In this document: positions 11,301 through 19,178 of the stretch, piece after piece
How positions within the stretch are numbered: the first letter of the stretch is position 1
Layout of the letters: each line of letters opens with the position of its first letter
Assembly (NCBI GenBank): GCA_041662625.1
Contig: JBAZSB010000003.1
Coordinates: 38,552-102,551 of the forward strand
Direction of reading: 5' to 3'
DNA length: 64,000 bases
Origin: Patescibacteria group bacterium
GTDB taxonomy: Bacteria; Patescibacteriota; Patescibacteriia; Buchananbacterales; UBA6539
Made by a program: the position numbers and the translations under genes
Notes under the pieces: generated by a model
What the model saw: only the letters and a program-made list of their open reading frames with translations
Database searches by the model: none
Told to the model about the DNA's origin: nothing

Positions 11301-12832
11301 GGTATTGCCAGAAACTAGTCCAGGTGGTGACTACGGCCGGCAATAACAAAGCTTGGACTGGTCGGGTTCAGTCGGGTTCTTCTTATATTTTATCTGACGC
11401 TAAAAGCCAAAAGAATTATTTCTTGTATTATGATCCATTTGACTATAATGAAATGCTTGAGGCGGCGGAAGAATGCTATGGTGTATGTAATGTCAATGGC
11501 CAATATTGTGAAATCCTTGGCCCAGGCAGTGAATGTCCTTGTCCAATGGGTGCGCCCCAGCAGATTGCTCAGGAGTGTATGAATGGCAAGTGTTATGATT
11601 GGAGTGGCAGTGATGCCAATACAATACCAACCAGTTATGACTGTACCGGTGATCCTCCTATTACCTTAAATGGAGAGTGTGATACTTATTTGCCTTTGAC
11701 TAATGAAACACCAACCGGAGATTGTATTTTAGATGCCACTTGCATTGGCGGCAAAAAAGAAGGTAATAGTTGCGAGACTGATGATGATTGCACTGATTAT
11801 AGTCCAGCTTGTTTTATCTACCAATCTTCTGATTTTCAGCCATTTGGTGCTATGGTTCCGCCGGCTGAAAGCCAATACCCAGAAAACTGGGATAGCCGAG
11901 TATCCACTTACCGCCAACCATTATTCTATGAACCGCCTTTGATTTCCCTGGCTGAGCCTTATCAGGCACGGATGGGTGAAGATCATACCGCTGACAGCTT
12001 AATGCGAATCTTTTTGAAGACTTATGGTGTCTGGAGCTGGGATGAAGGCGAATCGGATCTAGCAATTGATGACCATTATGAGCCTCTTGATCCTAATGAT
12101 CCTGATGATGCGGTTGATCTTCTGAATTATTCTTGGAATATTGTCAGCGACTGGGATAATACTTCTAAATTTCCGGATGCTGGTTATTGCACCAGTAATA
12201 TTCGGCCAGTTGAACCAACTCCGCCCACTTTGGATGATGTCACTCTTTGCCGCATTCGGCCAATAATTGATCCACTTAATATTTCGATTAATAATAGCCG
12301 CTCGACTGAGATTGGTAATGGTGATCCAGATGCTGTAATCAGCGGGGCCGGTTCGATTAAATTAAGTTTCACGGTCAAAGTTGATCCAAATCAATTGCCT
12401 ATTGGCTCTTACTCCGTAGATTGGGGCGACGGCGAGGTTTCTTCAGTTAATGGTGTTTCTTTGCGTGCCCGGCCCAACGTGGATAATCCTTTAACGTTGT
12501 ACCATGCGTATGATTTCTGGCAATTGCGCCGGCGCTGTAATGATGTAGGAGCATCTTGCACTGATGAGGCGGCCTGGGATGATGGCACCAGTATGCTTTA
12601 CTGCCCGGATGAAAATTCTTGCCGAATAAGATTAAGGATCAAAGTGCGGGATAACTGGAATGCTGAGACCTGCCTACCCGGGTTATCTGAAGTAAATTGT
12701 GCAGTTTCCCGGTGCAATACTTCACTAAGGACTTGTAATTATTCTAATCCTTGTCCCTCCGGCGAACTTTGTTTACCTGACAATAAATATATTCCGTTAT
12801 TAGATTATATCTTAGTCCAGCCAAGGCAATAA
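2336..12832 (+). CDS. Giant (3498 aa) Cys-rich secreted/surface protein with repeated carbohydrate-binding-like domains and a C-terminal PKD-like motif
   Basis: Signal-like N-terminus. Repeated NLxxNxxF/DNFE domain starts (NLLLNPSFE, NLVPNSSFE, ADNFESG, NLVFNADF, ITNSNFD) alternate with Cys-rich modules. YSVDWGDG lies near the C-terminus. Confidence 0.8.
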   Translation: MIKEIKPKLNLPAATQEADQTISNKWFLAFKKIVTEVVLVSMVLSLITPALIYPEPARASNPTGAPPVTKQYPPKPTEVQVHDASGVKVIQDESGKTQAEVKKGTDNVTEAQKKDTKELTKWEVFKKNLDKMYQKLRNAVKVAAAEAFSYMLNTFAYDTATWLASGGEGQQPMFFTEDWGEYLTNLVDNAAGTFLEKLGNNSWINLNLCTPSLGLKISIGLGLGNLRRPKQPDCTVTKMIKNWKSWAESPNFLSQFDDIFDPKSNDIGIAAKAFGLYYQKVEEDWLAGIFRRKEGEGFKSVGDSIADTILTPGTVTAEGAKQLTRTETGSKGEEVKVEYGNIFNIAIATFINTLLGKLFERLFKKGLVSSKDDKTIDLSGLGNLLARGATNQDLYTGESGIELYSGEKAARLRFLDLLQAGAKQGGAYDVLTKLVYCSDPENPGPDECAIKQDFRSAIERKLTLREAIDQGLIDGNAPFGFMDWDASALYRGISYRSITILRTFRVVPVGWEIAAQTINKFDPGKTYSLNDLIARFADESSDNLFYGLIDPEWVLTLPDHFCKLEGYGSKVVYEGVIGGDDANSDGDFTDANDVPPQRTVGRAEYCADYQSCLQKDESGNCQYYGYCTEERRIWDLQGKGCKPYFNTCQTFQRSDNKVFSFLENTLDFNGCSADNAGCQWYCQVFNPSSDIWTCTNEHIVIDPATGAIDAERVLKPCNLAGGCLVSTSCEIAEGDSSCVDNTNGTNLSISNSCNSGSRWWVGDKCIINPADALCTIKQGDVGCTLTGCESFANLLLNPSFETAASPGNLADKWSTSSGSLTYFERAAGASERIHAGKNSLRFFSYGLSVNETVSAAELELPVGNYYTFSGYVYDYLNAGAITLEVGGSGVTSAQSRVSTKGNGWQLLTFDFLVDKESSPGSGKGKVQVKIIVSGDQVGGTAWFDDFRITQSCVVENVTLTLIGTVGVNESKIHLDRDAQSCDAQNVGCSELIRTLPNFGTNLVPNSSFEDWSDPSGVPQGWQTGENWNSANTSFEQAEGYSDNYSLKLIKKTISTNDDNFSRDFEIPLFALKPNTTYRVSFMARSDQDAAASDRLWYTEILSNHNPDYYCSLDQAENCYIGTVDENEAHCTSLNKGHCVFDYDGVFIGSQRLFPLTDEWQQFVSASFTTRHFSYDFKFSISSHYTNPAKPLYIDNVQVEEVETNNAAVSSYSDYGTKNLVYLKKPPATLACHGYTIDRPSPDVLTGVNQTQCNGENMVWRKFCANATDATDAGEACTNNGECDSNRCNPQGANGCDASGQFCCHYTDWPECSNFAMYCQEDEVGCELYRPVLGGQSIPAKVSIQDYCPAECVGYEAYKQSTSHFESQESLEYFIPKTAKSCTASQVGCTEFTNLDEVARGGEGKEYYQYLRQCRKPDQSDANCQNFYNWQGSDETGYQLKLYNLTGQTPSGGAPLEVNTDPTLWPTYWCEVKTDSGTNGPDCCDGPEDLAANPFCKEFYAASGEIYYRIYANTISCSDDCHPLRQTRLEKDESLARANCDNTKGTWEGDACVYHAIPQEGTRCSASAAGCREYRGNAGGNIFTAFADNFESGDTVGWRFGAISSEALSITGHSIKTQLLGSDTDSNGTIDTYDKRVVTSWASLWKAGTTEYINANIVSCTDTNSTDVPFCDTTHTSNCYDLQLGKCIAKETENNETCYVALGEKSCGVMGNVLLPSRTYLISFWAKNASGVADITLDLLGAVDPAPLATISLSPEWNYYSLGPFTTRAQPDFDLSARLRFIGSVRDSNPDSPSLVDFYVDNVEIKEVADYVYVIKNSWQTPASCDTNPWTLPQPTPAPQFMLGCKQYLDSYSRTHNLKSFTNLCRLEAVGCEALIDTFNLTSPFAKVFNENDANSDVSIPADRLVYLVNRTNYQCPSTKKGCQAVGQPTINVNQEAVNYKTAYLINDPNQYSSSLCSNPEVGCEEWSTGNGFSYFKDPGQRVCEYRLAPGQTQSNWFKFGSSAQTGDCPLVQPSVGVPHPTDNWVGLCASEASSCNQFIDPVSLMSKNLVFNADFKTNVVTTDTPDVPDGWQANLTTDGLVQSLSLQHGNLYTLSFTSNKNLSLADNDLHFEIRNCPQITSFDHSLNNVCINTVTGEPVQPQKLCQSDDNCDVTNHQICSTNVLVISQGAYTGDSRTSTQIDNFPQNQISYSGRVFVTRDCNAKIMITNVGGTIESIIGTAANNYTDGLVKEVALRKTDINYVLADSVDKRSCNGIVDPERYCVLFNDRSEVNYKLGEDDFSYLGFDADVSGINVNNGLPVLQCAGNCDSNAVLNVRPDRTCETWLACNSYATVVNAEGGEERQCLNLGLCNLLADDGSCLNFLETSHGDARKDFYQEPEQIQNLSGYSKAGLEVSDTFNKTIYGYYPYVEMSQEGGATSITNSNFDSVFSEGKEPLGWAEYESKDSQGWQNFKYTIGTDFNSALEGGYLQLNTFYQVVSEDVDLEKGTNYILGGWINTLELKHNNLNDSQLFTQICYKLNNQLDLTCPPELKVFAGLGWQYVTATFNSAGSTALKIVLKNNAGDILACRDGHEDTACAISGYSLLDEILLKPVLKVKNQTPDNLRDFIARSCRLYPDFDSLACQYFEENVLHRGIFGYCLTQDPNNLKQCLQWWPVDQIGGQLTDEILAYNIQSPLYYCVEKGERQIFSEDTEFSFLVSDFSGNFTDAYGLSAQLVPFEISEDYRPAFRYPYVRQFSVRPQIFPRNDWLIPGVGFRLLALGDTLIEVNIFGDQGLKNDPFDLTIGPTGNRGILLAPWGVLVAIPVEMLYAFIAADHGALDMDAHYIGEMNEGIESLGLGEILPDNAVELNLYFIWSWPNGINPENIGRAESTIQTLRQVGDIAKLLLALGGASANSAQHDDAWEEEGVPVFGILEGEETSLNIVFGSLVGVKIATEQDPMYSGIAEDPVPDIPGDIYGGIVVMVEETTDGDLAPGMKLDFIPSEAKAGYCQKLVQVVTTAGNNKAWTGRVQSGSSYILSDAKSQKNYFLYYDPFDYNEMLEAAEECYGVCNVNGQYCEILGPGSECPCPMGAPQQIAQECMNGKCYDWSGSDANTIPTSYDCTGDPPITLNGECDTYLPLTNETPTGDCILDATCIGGKKEGNSCETDDDCTDYSPACFIYQSSDFQPFGAMVPPAESQYPENWDSRVSTYRQPLFYEPPLISLAEPYQARMGEDHTADSLMRIFLKTYGVWSWDEGESDLAIDDHYEPLDPNDPDDAVDLLNYSWNIVSDWDNTSKFPDAGYCTSNIRPVEPTPPTLDDVTLCRIRPIIDPLNISINNSRSTEIGNGDPDAVISGAGSIKLSFTVKVDPNQLPIGSYSVDWGDGEVSSVNGVSLRARPNVDNPLTLYHAYDFWQLRRRCNDVGASCTDEAAWDDGTSMLYCPDENSCRIRLRIKVRDNWNAETCLPGLSEVNCAVSRCNTSLRTCNYSNPCPSGELCLPDNKYIPLLDYILVQPRQ

Positions 12833-12835
12833 TTT

Positions 12836-15800
12836 ATGATGGCTAAGTACGGTCAAAAATTAAGAAAGGCAAAATGGCTAATTGGTTTAGTAATAGTTTT
12901 ATTATTTTTCCTGTTTAGCAATTTTGCCTTGGCAGCCGATGAACCTGGTACCGTCGAGAAAGTAGTTGCCGAATTAATTACTTGGATTTGCATGGCTTTG
13001 ATTAAATTTATTGGCGGGTTATTGGCTATTCTGATTAAAGTTTTACTTTGGCTGATGCGCTATAACGGGTTTGTGGTTTCTACAGCCGTGGCCAACGGCT
13101 GGGTGCTGGTGCGTGATATCTCGAATTTGTTTTTTGTTGTTATCTTATTAGGTATTGCCATTGGTACAATTCTGCGGATTGAATCTTATAATTTTAAAAA
13201 GTTGCTGCCCAAAGTTTTAATTATGGCAGTTTTAGTCAATTTCAGCCGAACCATCTGCGGTTTGATTATTGATGCGGCCCAGGTGGTGATGATGACTTTT
13301 GCTGCCGCTTTTGCCGGTAATGTCGGTGAGAAAGCCATAATTGGTCTTTTAAATTTAGATCAAATAGTTAATTCCGAGACCTGGAATCCTCAGCAAGGTC
13401 TCGATCAGATGACGGTCGCTGTCAGTGCGCTTCTGGCAGTTATTTTACTTCTGGTCGCTTTAGTAGCAATTGTGGTCTATATTGCCGTTCTTATGATGCG
13501 GATTGTTTATCTTTGGCTTTTGGTGATTTTTTCACCCCTTGCCTATATTGCTGCGGCTTTTCCCCAAGGTATGGGTTATGCCAAGCAATGGTGGCAGGAA
13601 TTTGGCAAATATGTCATTATTGGGCCTTTGCTTGCTTTTAATCTCTGGTTAGCTTTTTCTATAGCTGGTACTAGTGGTGGTATATCACCATTAGAGTTGA
13701 ATATAACTGAAGCTGAAGGTCAAGAATTAACTACCGCCTATGTCGGTAAAGAGGCCGCAAACCAGCATTTCATCAATGCCATTGGCGGGCCTTATCAGAT
13801 GGTTTCTTTTATTATCGCTATTGCCATGCTTTTTGTTGGGTTAGCTATGATTAATAAAGTCGGGGTGGCGGGTGGCAATTTGGCTAGTAGCGCGATGAAT
13901 AAGATGAGGCAGCTAGGTACAGCGCCTTTTAGAGCCGGAGCTACACTAGGATTAAAGGCGGCTAAATCACCTATAACTGCTTATGCTTGGGGTGCTCGTA
14001 AATTAAAAGCTGGTTCAGTACCTGCTCTGCGTTGGATGAAAGGTGTTGAGTTAAATCCAGCCAATATTTATCGGGATGTCTCTGGCGCCCTTGCCAGAAA
14101 GAAGGTAGAAGATATCCGCCGAGGTAAACTCGCCGCTGGTGAACATTTAAAATCAGGTGGCTTCCGCGGGGCGGTTTTAGGGCTTGGGGCAACCGAGTGG
14201 GGTGATAATTATTTGAAAGGTTTTATGTTTCAGCAGGGAATCAGGCGGGCTATTTATGGTAAGGCCAAGAGGGCAGGAAAATTTACAGAGCAGGCCGAAA
14301 AATATGAAAAAATCGCCGGTCAAATGACAGTTCAAGAAAGACAGGAGGCAGAAATAAAAGAACAAGAAAATTTGGGTAAAGCCCAAGCAATCCGTGGTCA
14401 TCTGAAAAGCAGAGAAGTTGATTTGAATCAACCTGATAATGAATCTTCGCAGTTGGTGAGTCAGTATATTAGCGATTTAGAAAATAATCTTGAAGCCATT
14501 GAACAAGATAGAATTGATGCAAACTCTAAAGGCAATAAGGCTGAGGTAGACAAATTGACTAAAGAAAAAGAAGGAATGGAAAAACAGCTTAAAACTTTGC
14601 GGGGTAAGGCACAAGAAGGAGGGGGAAAAATTAAATTTGATGATCTAGATAACAATACAAGATTATCAATAGAATCGCTTTTAGATGTTAAAGCAAAGGC
14701 ATATGAAGGCGGGGCAAAATCGATCCGTAAAAATATTGATCAAAGAACGCCAGAAGGCAAAACCATCACCGAAAAACAAAGAGAGCAGGCACGAGAAAAA
14801 GCAGATTATTGGCGCAAAAGAGTGGATCGGGCGGCAGCTCTTACCCCTCAAGATGCTTATACTCGTGGTGAACGGCGAAGCGCTTTTGAAGAACAGCGGA
14901 AGTTATTTGGGGAAACAACTAATGAATTTGAATTGATGGCTGCTTTCCGGAGTGCTGTGACGCGGGGTGAATTAACCGAGGCTGGCGGTATTGCTTTACA
15001 ATCAGCCCGGGTCAGTCATTTAAATGAGTTGGTTAATGATACTCGGGCAACACAGGATTATTTTTATGATAAAGAAGGAAGAATTACCACTGACAAAAAA
15101 GAAGCAGATACAAATCGTGGTCGAAATGGGGTGGCTTATGCTAAAGGTGAGAGTTTTAAAGCTGATGTTGACGGTTTACATGCTTTTACGCAAGAAGTTT
15201 TTATGCATCGGCTTGATGCCGGGAAACAAACTGCCCTTTCATTAGAAAATGATTTAAGCAACATTTCCGAAGCTAATAACTGGTGGACATTTGGCCAGGC
15301 AACTTCTGCTGATTCTGCTGGTCTTTTACAGCAGAACGCGAAAGAATTACAACAAACGAGAAGTTACGTTGAAATGACTAAAAGAGATTTTGAAAGATTG
15401 AGCCGGGAAGGTAATCGGGGAGCCTGGATGACAGAAATGTGGATTGATGACGACGACCATTCTAAGGGTCGTAAGGCAATTTTAAATCCGGTTGGCGTGG
15501 TTGGTATGGCCCAAAACTGGGAAAGCATTTTAACTAACTTGCCTCGTGGTCGTTATAATAAAAATAATGCCATTCACATGATGTCAGAAGAGAACCAAAA
15601 GATTTTGGATGCAATCGAAGAGCAATACATCCCGGACTCTAGCAAAAAGAAATGGAAACAGTTCAGAAATGAACTTGAAAAATTTGCCGGTAAAGCGACT
15701 GGTGGAGCCGGAGGATCGTTGGGTGATCGAGTCCGTGAAGAATTGGGTGAAGCCGAAGTAATCAGGCGAACAGCGGCTAAAACACAGCCAGAAGGATTTT

Positions 15801-16366
15801 TAGATTTTGTGGAGGAACACGCCGTCGTGGAAGAACACCCCGTCGTGGAAGAACACCCCGTCTCAGGCCAAGCTTCAGCGGGTCAATCACCGCAAGCACC
15901 GGCAATATCTCCTGGATTAAATTTGTCGCCAGTACCGGCAATACCTTCTGGATTCAATTTGCCGCCTGCTGCTGCTAATAGAGTTGATAATTTAATGGAT
16001 CAAATGGATGATTTAGGAAGAATCTCTGGTCTTGTTAGCGGAGCTTTATCTCCAGAAGAACAAGCAGAAGATCTAGCAAGACTTAATGATGGAATTAGTA
16101 AACTAGCCGATAATATTGAAAAACTTGGCGATCAATTAGGTGATTTAGAGCATTTGGGTAGCGTTAGTCAATCTCTTACTGATTTAGGTAAAGATATTAG
16201 AAGTCAGCAAGGTGCTAGAGGAGCGGCGGATAATCCCAATGAGGCTGTTAAGCTTTTAAGAGAAATTGAGAATACACTTGAAAATTTGCAAATGCAAAGG
16301 TCAGCCGGTGAGGAAAGTCGAGAGGATGAAGATGAAGATGAATATGAAGAATTGGGACCACTTTAG
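12836..16366 (+). CDS. VirB6/TrbL-like polytopic membrane protein with long coiled-coil cytoplasmic tail
   Basis: N-terminal ~350 aa with multiple TM helices (GWxLVRDxxNLFF, LVNFS, RIVYLWLLVIFSPLAY, KQWW) followed by a charged helical extension. PrgI and VirB4-like genes lie downstream. Confidence 0.7.
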   Translation: MMAKYGQKLRKAKWLIGLVIVLLFFLFSNFALAADEPGTVEKVVAELITWICMALIKFIGGLLAILIKVLLWLMRYNGFVVSTAVANGWVLVRDISNLFFVVILLGIAIGTILRIESYNFKKLLPKVLIMAVLVNFSRTICGLIIDAAQVVMMTFAAAFAGNVGEKAIIGLLNLDQIVNSETWNPQQGLDQMTVAVSALLAVILLLVALVAIVVYIAVLMMRIVYLWLLVIFSPLAYIAAAFPQGMGYAKQWWQEFGKYVIIGPLLAFNLWLAFSIAGTSGGISPLELNITEAEGQELTTAYVGKEAANQHFINAIGGPYQMVSFIIAIAMLFVGLAMINKVGVAGGNLASSAMNKMRQLGTAPFRAGATLGLKAAKSPITAYAWGARKLKAGSVPALRWMKGVELNPANIYRDVSGALARKKVEDIRRGKLAAGEHLKSGGFRGAVLGLGATEWGDNYLKGFMFQQGIRRAIYGKAKRAGKFTEQAEKYEKIAGQMTVQERQEAEIKEQENLGKAQAIRGHLKSREVDLNQPDNESSQLVSQYISDLENNLEAIEQDRIDANSKGNKAEVDKLTKEKEGMEKQLKTLRGKAQEGGGKIKFDDLDNNTRLSIESLLDVKAKAYEGGAKSIRKNIDQRTPEGKTITEKQREQAREKADYWRKRVDRAAALTPQDAYTRGERRSAFEEQRKLFGETTNEFELMAAFRSAVTRGELTEAGGIALQSARVSHLNELVNDTRATQDYFYDKEGRITTDKKEADTNRGRNGVAYAKGESFKADVDGLHAFTQEVFMHRLDAGKQTALSLENDLSNISEANNWWTFGQATSADSAGLLQQNAKELQQTRSYVEMTKRDFERLSREGNRGAWMTEMWIDDDDHSKGRKAILNPVGVVGMAQNWESILTNLPRGRYNKNNAIHMMSEENQKILDAIEEQYIPDSSKKKWKQFRNELEKFAGKATGGAGGSLGDRVREELGEAEVIRRTAAKTQPEGFLDFVEEHAVVEEHPVVEEHPVSGQASAGQSPQAPAISPGLNLSPVPAIPSGFNLPPAAANRVDNLMDQMDDLGRISGLVSGALSPEEQAEDLARLNDGISKLADNIEKLGDQLGDLEHLGSVSQSLTDLGKDIRSQQGARGAADNPNEAVKLLREIENTLENLQMQRSAGEESREDEDEDEYEELGPL
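15809..15862 (+). repeat. 18-bp in-frame tandem repeat x3 (VEEH[A/P]V)
   Basis: GTGGAGGAACACGCCGTC followed by two copies of GTGGAAGAACACCCCGTC. Confidence 0.9.
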
Positions 16367-16381
16367 AACTATAAAGTAAAT

Positions 16382-17773
16382 ATGACTAATGATCAAAAAC
16401 AAAAAATAAATAATCTGATTAGCAAATTAAATGCCGATTTATCGGATATTAATTTTTTTAAAAAAACGCAGGAAGAACTAACTGATTTAATTGTTCAAAA
16501 CAGCGCAGAGCAAGCTTATTATTTGGCGATTTTTCTGGATTATTTTCTTAAACAAAGAAAAAATTTTGAAAAAGATTATCCACAATTATACCGAGATTAT
16601 CAGACGATTATTAGTAAGGCCAAATGGGTTTGCCTCCCTTTACTTTCGTTGCAAGAGGTTATTGGTTTATTTGAGGAAAATTTGGCTGAAGCTTTGCTTG
16701 ATCCTGATATTGTAGTATGGGAAAAATTAAGGGCATTTTTAGTTGCCCATATTTTACTTGATGAACGCGATAATATCAAAAGGGAACTGAGGGCGACTTT
16801 ATTGAGAAATAATCAAATTTTAACCCAAGGTGATATTATAGCGGAAAATCAATCTCATTCCGGCACAATTAGTAACTGGTTGCGTGATTATAACCAAAAG
16901 TTAGGAGCGGCAAAGTTAGAAAGTAAAAATATTGAATTGTATCAATATATCACTAATGATAGCAATATTAAGAAGTTGAACCCTGAAGAAAGAAGATGTC
17001 TAATTAGTTTATTTACTTTATATGAGAGGCTAAAGGCTTCTTCTTCAGAGGTGGCTGGTTATGAAGGTTCATTAGGCATATCTGATGAAGGAGAAGGTAA
17101 ATTTGCTATTATTTCGGATGGCGAAGTAGTAAGTCTTGATAAGAGATCAGAAAAAATGATTGAGCAAGCACAAGATATCATTGATGTTGCCTTAGGTAAA
17201 AAACCAGCTTCCATTTTGAAAAAATCAAAAGTTGTTGAATCACCAATTCAGTCAGTTGATAATGAACCGCCAAAACAAACGCTGATAGAAAAGGAGATTT
17301 TGGCCGCTTATCAAGGCGACCAAAAACAGCAGCAAGCTATTGCTAAAGAAGAAGCAAAAATCACTAAAAGTTTTGGTACTGACTTGATGAAGATCCGGCA
17401 AGAGTTTTTCCTTGCCGTTCAGAATAAGAATGTTAGCCGCACTATTGCCACTCTGAATATTTTAACTAAACAAAATGATCTGGAAAACTTCGTGAAAACT
17501 GATACTAAATTAAGTCAATTTCTAACCGCGATTTGGGAGAAGCGCTATGGTAAGGAGTTTACTGCCGAGTTTAAACAAAAGCCGGGTCAACTGAAGTTCG
17601 TCCGTTTATTCCTGCGCTATGTTTTGGAAGAACGGTTGGGACTTTCAGTCAGTGAGGCGGCACGAGTGGGCTTACAACTGGGTAATATCTTTGTTAGTTT
17701 GGGCCAGAAAGATTATAATAAAATGGCGTATTTTGATGTTGAGGCGAAAGCTTTTAATTGGTTTGAGGATTAG
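16382..17773 (+). CDS. Hypothetical alpha-helical protein
   Basis: 463-aa ORF closely following the TrbL-like gene. No motif recognised. Confidence 0.75.
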   Translation: MTNDQKQKINNLISKLNADLSDINFFKKTQEELTDLIVQNSAEQAYYLAIFLDYFLKQRKNFEKDYPQLYRDYQTIISKAKWVCLPLLSLQEVIGLFEENLAEALLDPDIVVWEKLRAFLVAHILLDERDNIKRELRATLLRNNQILTQGDIIAENQSHSGTISNWLRDYNQKLGAAKLESKNIELYQYITNDSNIKKLNPEERRCLISLFTLYERLKASSSEVAGYEGSLGISDEGEGKFAIISDGEVVSLDKRSEKMIEQAQDIIDVALGKKPASILKKSKVVESPIQSVDNEPPKQTLIEKEILAAYQGDQKQQQAIAKEEAKITKSFGTDLMKIRQEFFLAVQNKNVSRTIATLNILTKQNDLENFVKTDTKLSQFLTAIWEKRYGKEFTAEFKQKPGQLKFVRLFLRYVLEERLGLSVSEAARVGLQLGNIFVSLGQKDYNKMAYFDVEAKAFNWFED

Positions 17774-17781
17774 GGTGGTAT

Positions 17782-17960
17782 AATGGTAGGAAGGTAGGAT
17801 TGTAGATTGGGAGAAAAATTAAGTTCACATACAATCAACCTGAAGAAGTAATGAAAATGCTAAATAAAATGATTAACAATAGAACGTTAGACTAGTAGAT
17901 CTGTTAGGTTGCCTAATAAATTACCAACCTACCGATCTACAGTCCTACCGATCTACTTAT
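17782..17960 (+). mobile_element. Internally deleted copy of the four-helix-bundle repeat element at 19179-19710
   Basis: 17816-17839 is identical to 19221-19244 (24 bp) and 17841-17883 is identical to 19587-19629 (43 bp). It has the same NNNGGTAG left array and CTACCGAT right array. Confidence 0.85.
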
Positions 17961-18001
17961 TAACTTCCTGCTTGGGGACAGGGCAGAAAGGAAAAGATAA
18001 A

Positions 18002-19177
18002 ATGTCAAAGACTAAAGAAAAAAACCACATTTTTACTTCGGAATCAGTCAGCGAAGGTCATCCGGATAAAGTTTGTGACCAAATTTCCGATGCCATCTTG
18101 GATGAGCTGATTCGTCAGGACAAAAATTCCCATGCCGGAATTGAAACTTTAGCTACGACCGGTCTGGTAGTGGTGGCCGGAGAAATCAGAACGAAAGGTT
18201 ATGTTGATATTGCTAGCATCGTGCGAAGAACGATTAAAGAAATCGGCTATGATGATCATACTATTGGTTTTCATTGGGAAGATTGTGGCGTGATGGTGGC
18301 AATTGATGAACAAAGTCCAGACATTGCCCAGGGCGTGGATAGCGGCCGCGGCAAATTTAAAAAACAAGGCGCTGGTGATCAGGGTTTAATGTTTGGTTAT
18401 GCCTGCAAAGATACGCCCGAATTGATGCCACTGCCCATCATGTTGGCACATCAAATTGTTCAAAGACTCTCTCAGCTTCGGAAAAACAAAACAATGCCTT
18501 ACCTGCGGCCCGATGGCAAGTCAGAGGTTGCGGTTGAATATGTTAATAATAAGCCCAAGCGAGTTGATACGATTATTGTTGCTGCCAGCCACGACTGCGA
18601 AGTTGATGAAAAGAAAGTTGAAAGAGAAGTAATCAATAAAGTCATTAAACCGATTTGTAAAAAATATATCGATCGTAAAACCCGCTATTTCGTTAATGCC
18701 ACTGGTCGTTTTGTCAAATGTGGCCCGCCGGCTGACACTGGTTTAACCGGCAGAAAAATCATTGTTGATACTTATGGTGGTCATGGTAGTCATGGTGGCG
18801 GTTGTTTTTCCGGCAAGGATCCGTCAAAAGTTGACCGCTCGGCTTCTTATATGGCAAGATACGTGGCAAAAAATATTGTTGCCGCCGGAATTGCTGACCG
18901 GTGTGAAGTTCAGATGGCCTATGTCATTGGCGTGGCCGAACCAATCAGTATTTTGGTAGATACTTTTAGTACTGGTAAAATTTCTGACGAAAGAATTGTC
19001 AGTTTAATTAGAAAGTATTTTGATTTAACCCCGGCCGGGATTATTACCAAGCTAAATCTGTTAAGGCCAATTTATAAAAAGACTGCTGCCTACGGCCATT
19101 TTGGCCGCAAGGACCCGGATTTTACCTGGGAAAAGACAGATTTAGCCAAAGTCTTAAGAAAAGCAGCAGGTTTGTAA
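18002..19177 (+). CDS. metK: S-adenosylmethionine synthetase
   Basis: [26 protein letters not shown] and [16 protein letters not shown] motifs. Start ATG 18002 follows AAAGGAAAAG; the ORF-track extension upstream is repeat sequence. Confidence 0.98.
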   Translation: MSKTKEKNHIFTSESVSEGHPDKVCDQISDAILDELIRQDKNSHAGIETLATTGLVVVAGEIRTKGYVDIASIVRRTIKEIGYDDHTIGFHWEDCGVMVAIDEQSPDIAQGVDSGRGKFKKQGAGDQGLMFGYACKDTPELMPLPIMLAHQIVQRLSQLRKNKTMPYLRPDGKSEVAVEYVNNKPKRVDTIIVAASHDCEVDEKKVEREVINKVIKPICKKYIDRKTRYFVNATGRFVKCGPPADTGLTGRKIIVDTYGGHGSHGGGCFSGKDPSKVDRSASYMARYVAKNIVAAGIADRCEVQMAYVIGVAEPISILVDTFSTGKISDERIVSLIRKYFDLTPAGIITKLNLLRPIYKKTAAYGHFGRKDPDFTWEKTDLAKVLRKAAGL

Positions 19178-19178
19178 A

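Noticed and set aside
17909-18001. N-terminal extensions of metK (and likewise rsmA 504, gatC 62565, pilD 56101, pilT 47497) in the ORF track
   Set aside because: The extensions translate repeat arrays, terminators or overlaps with the upstream gene. Family-typical N-termini begin at downstream ATGs.
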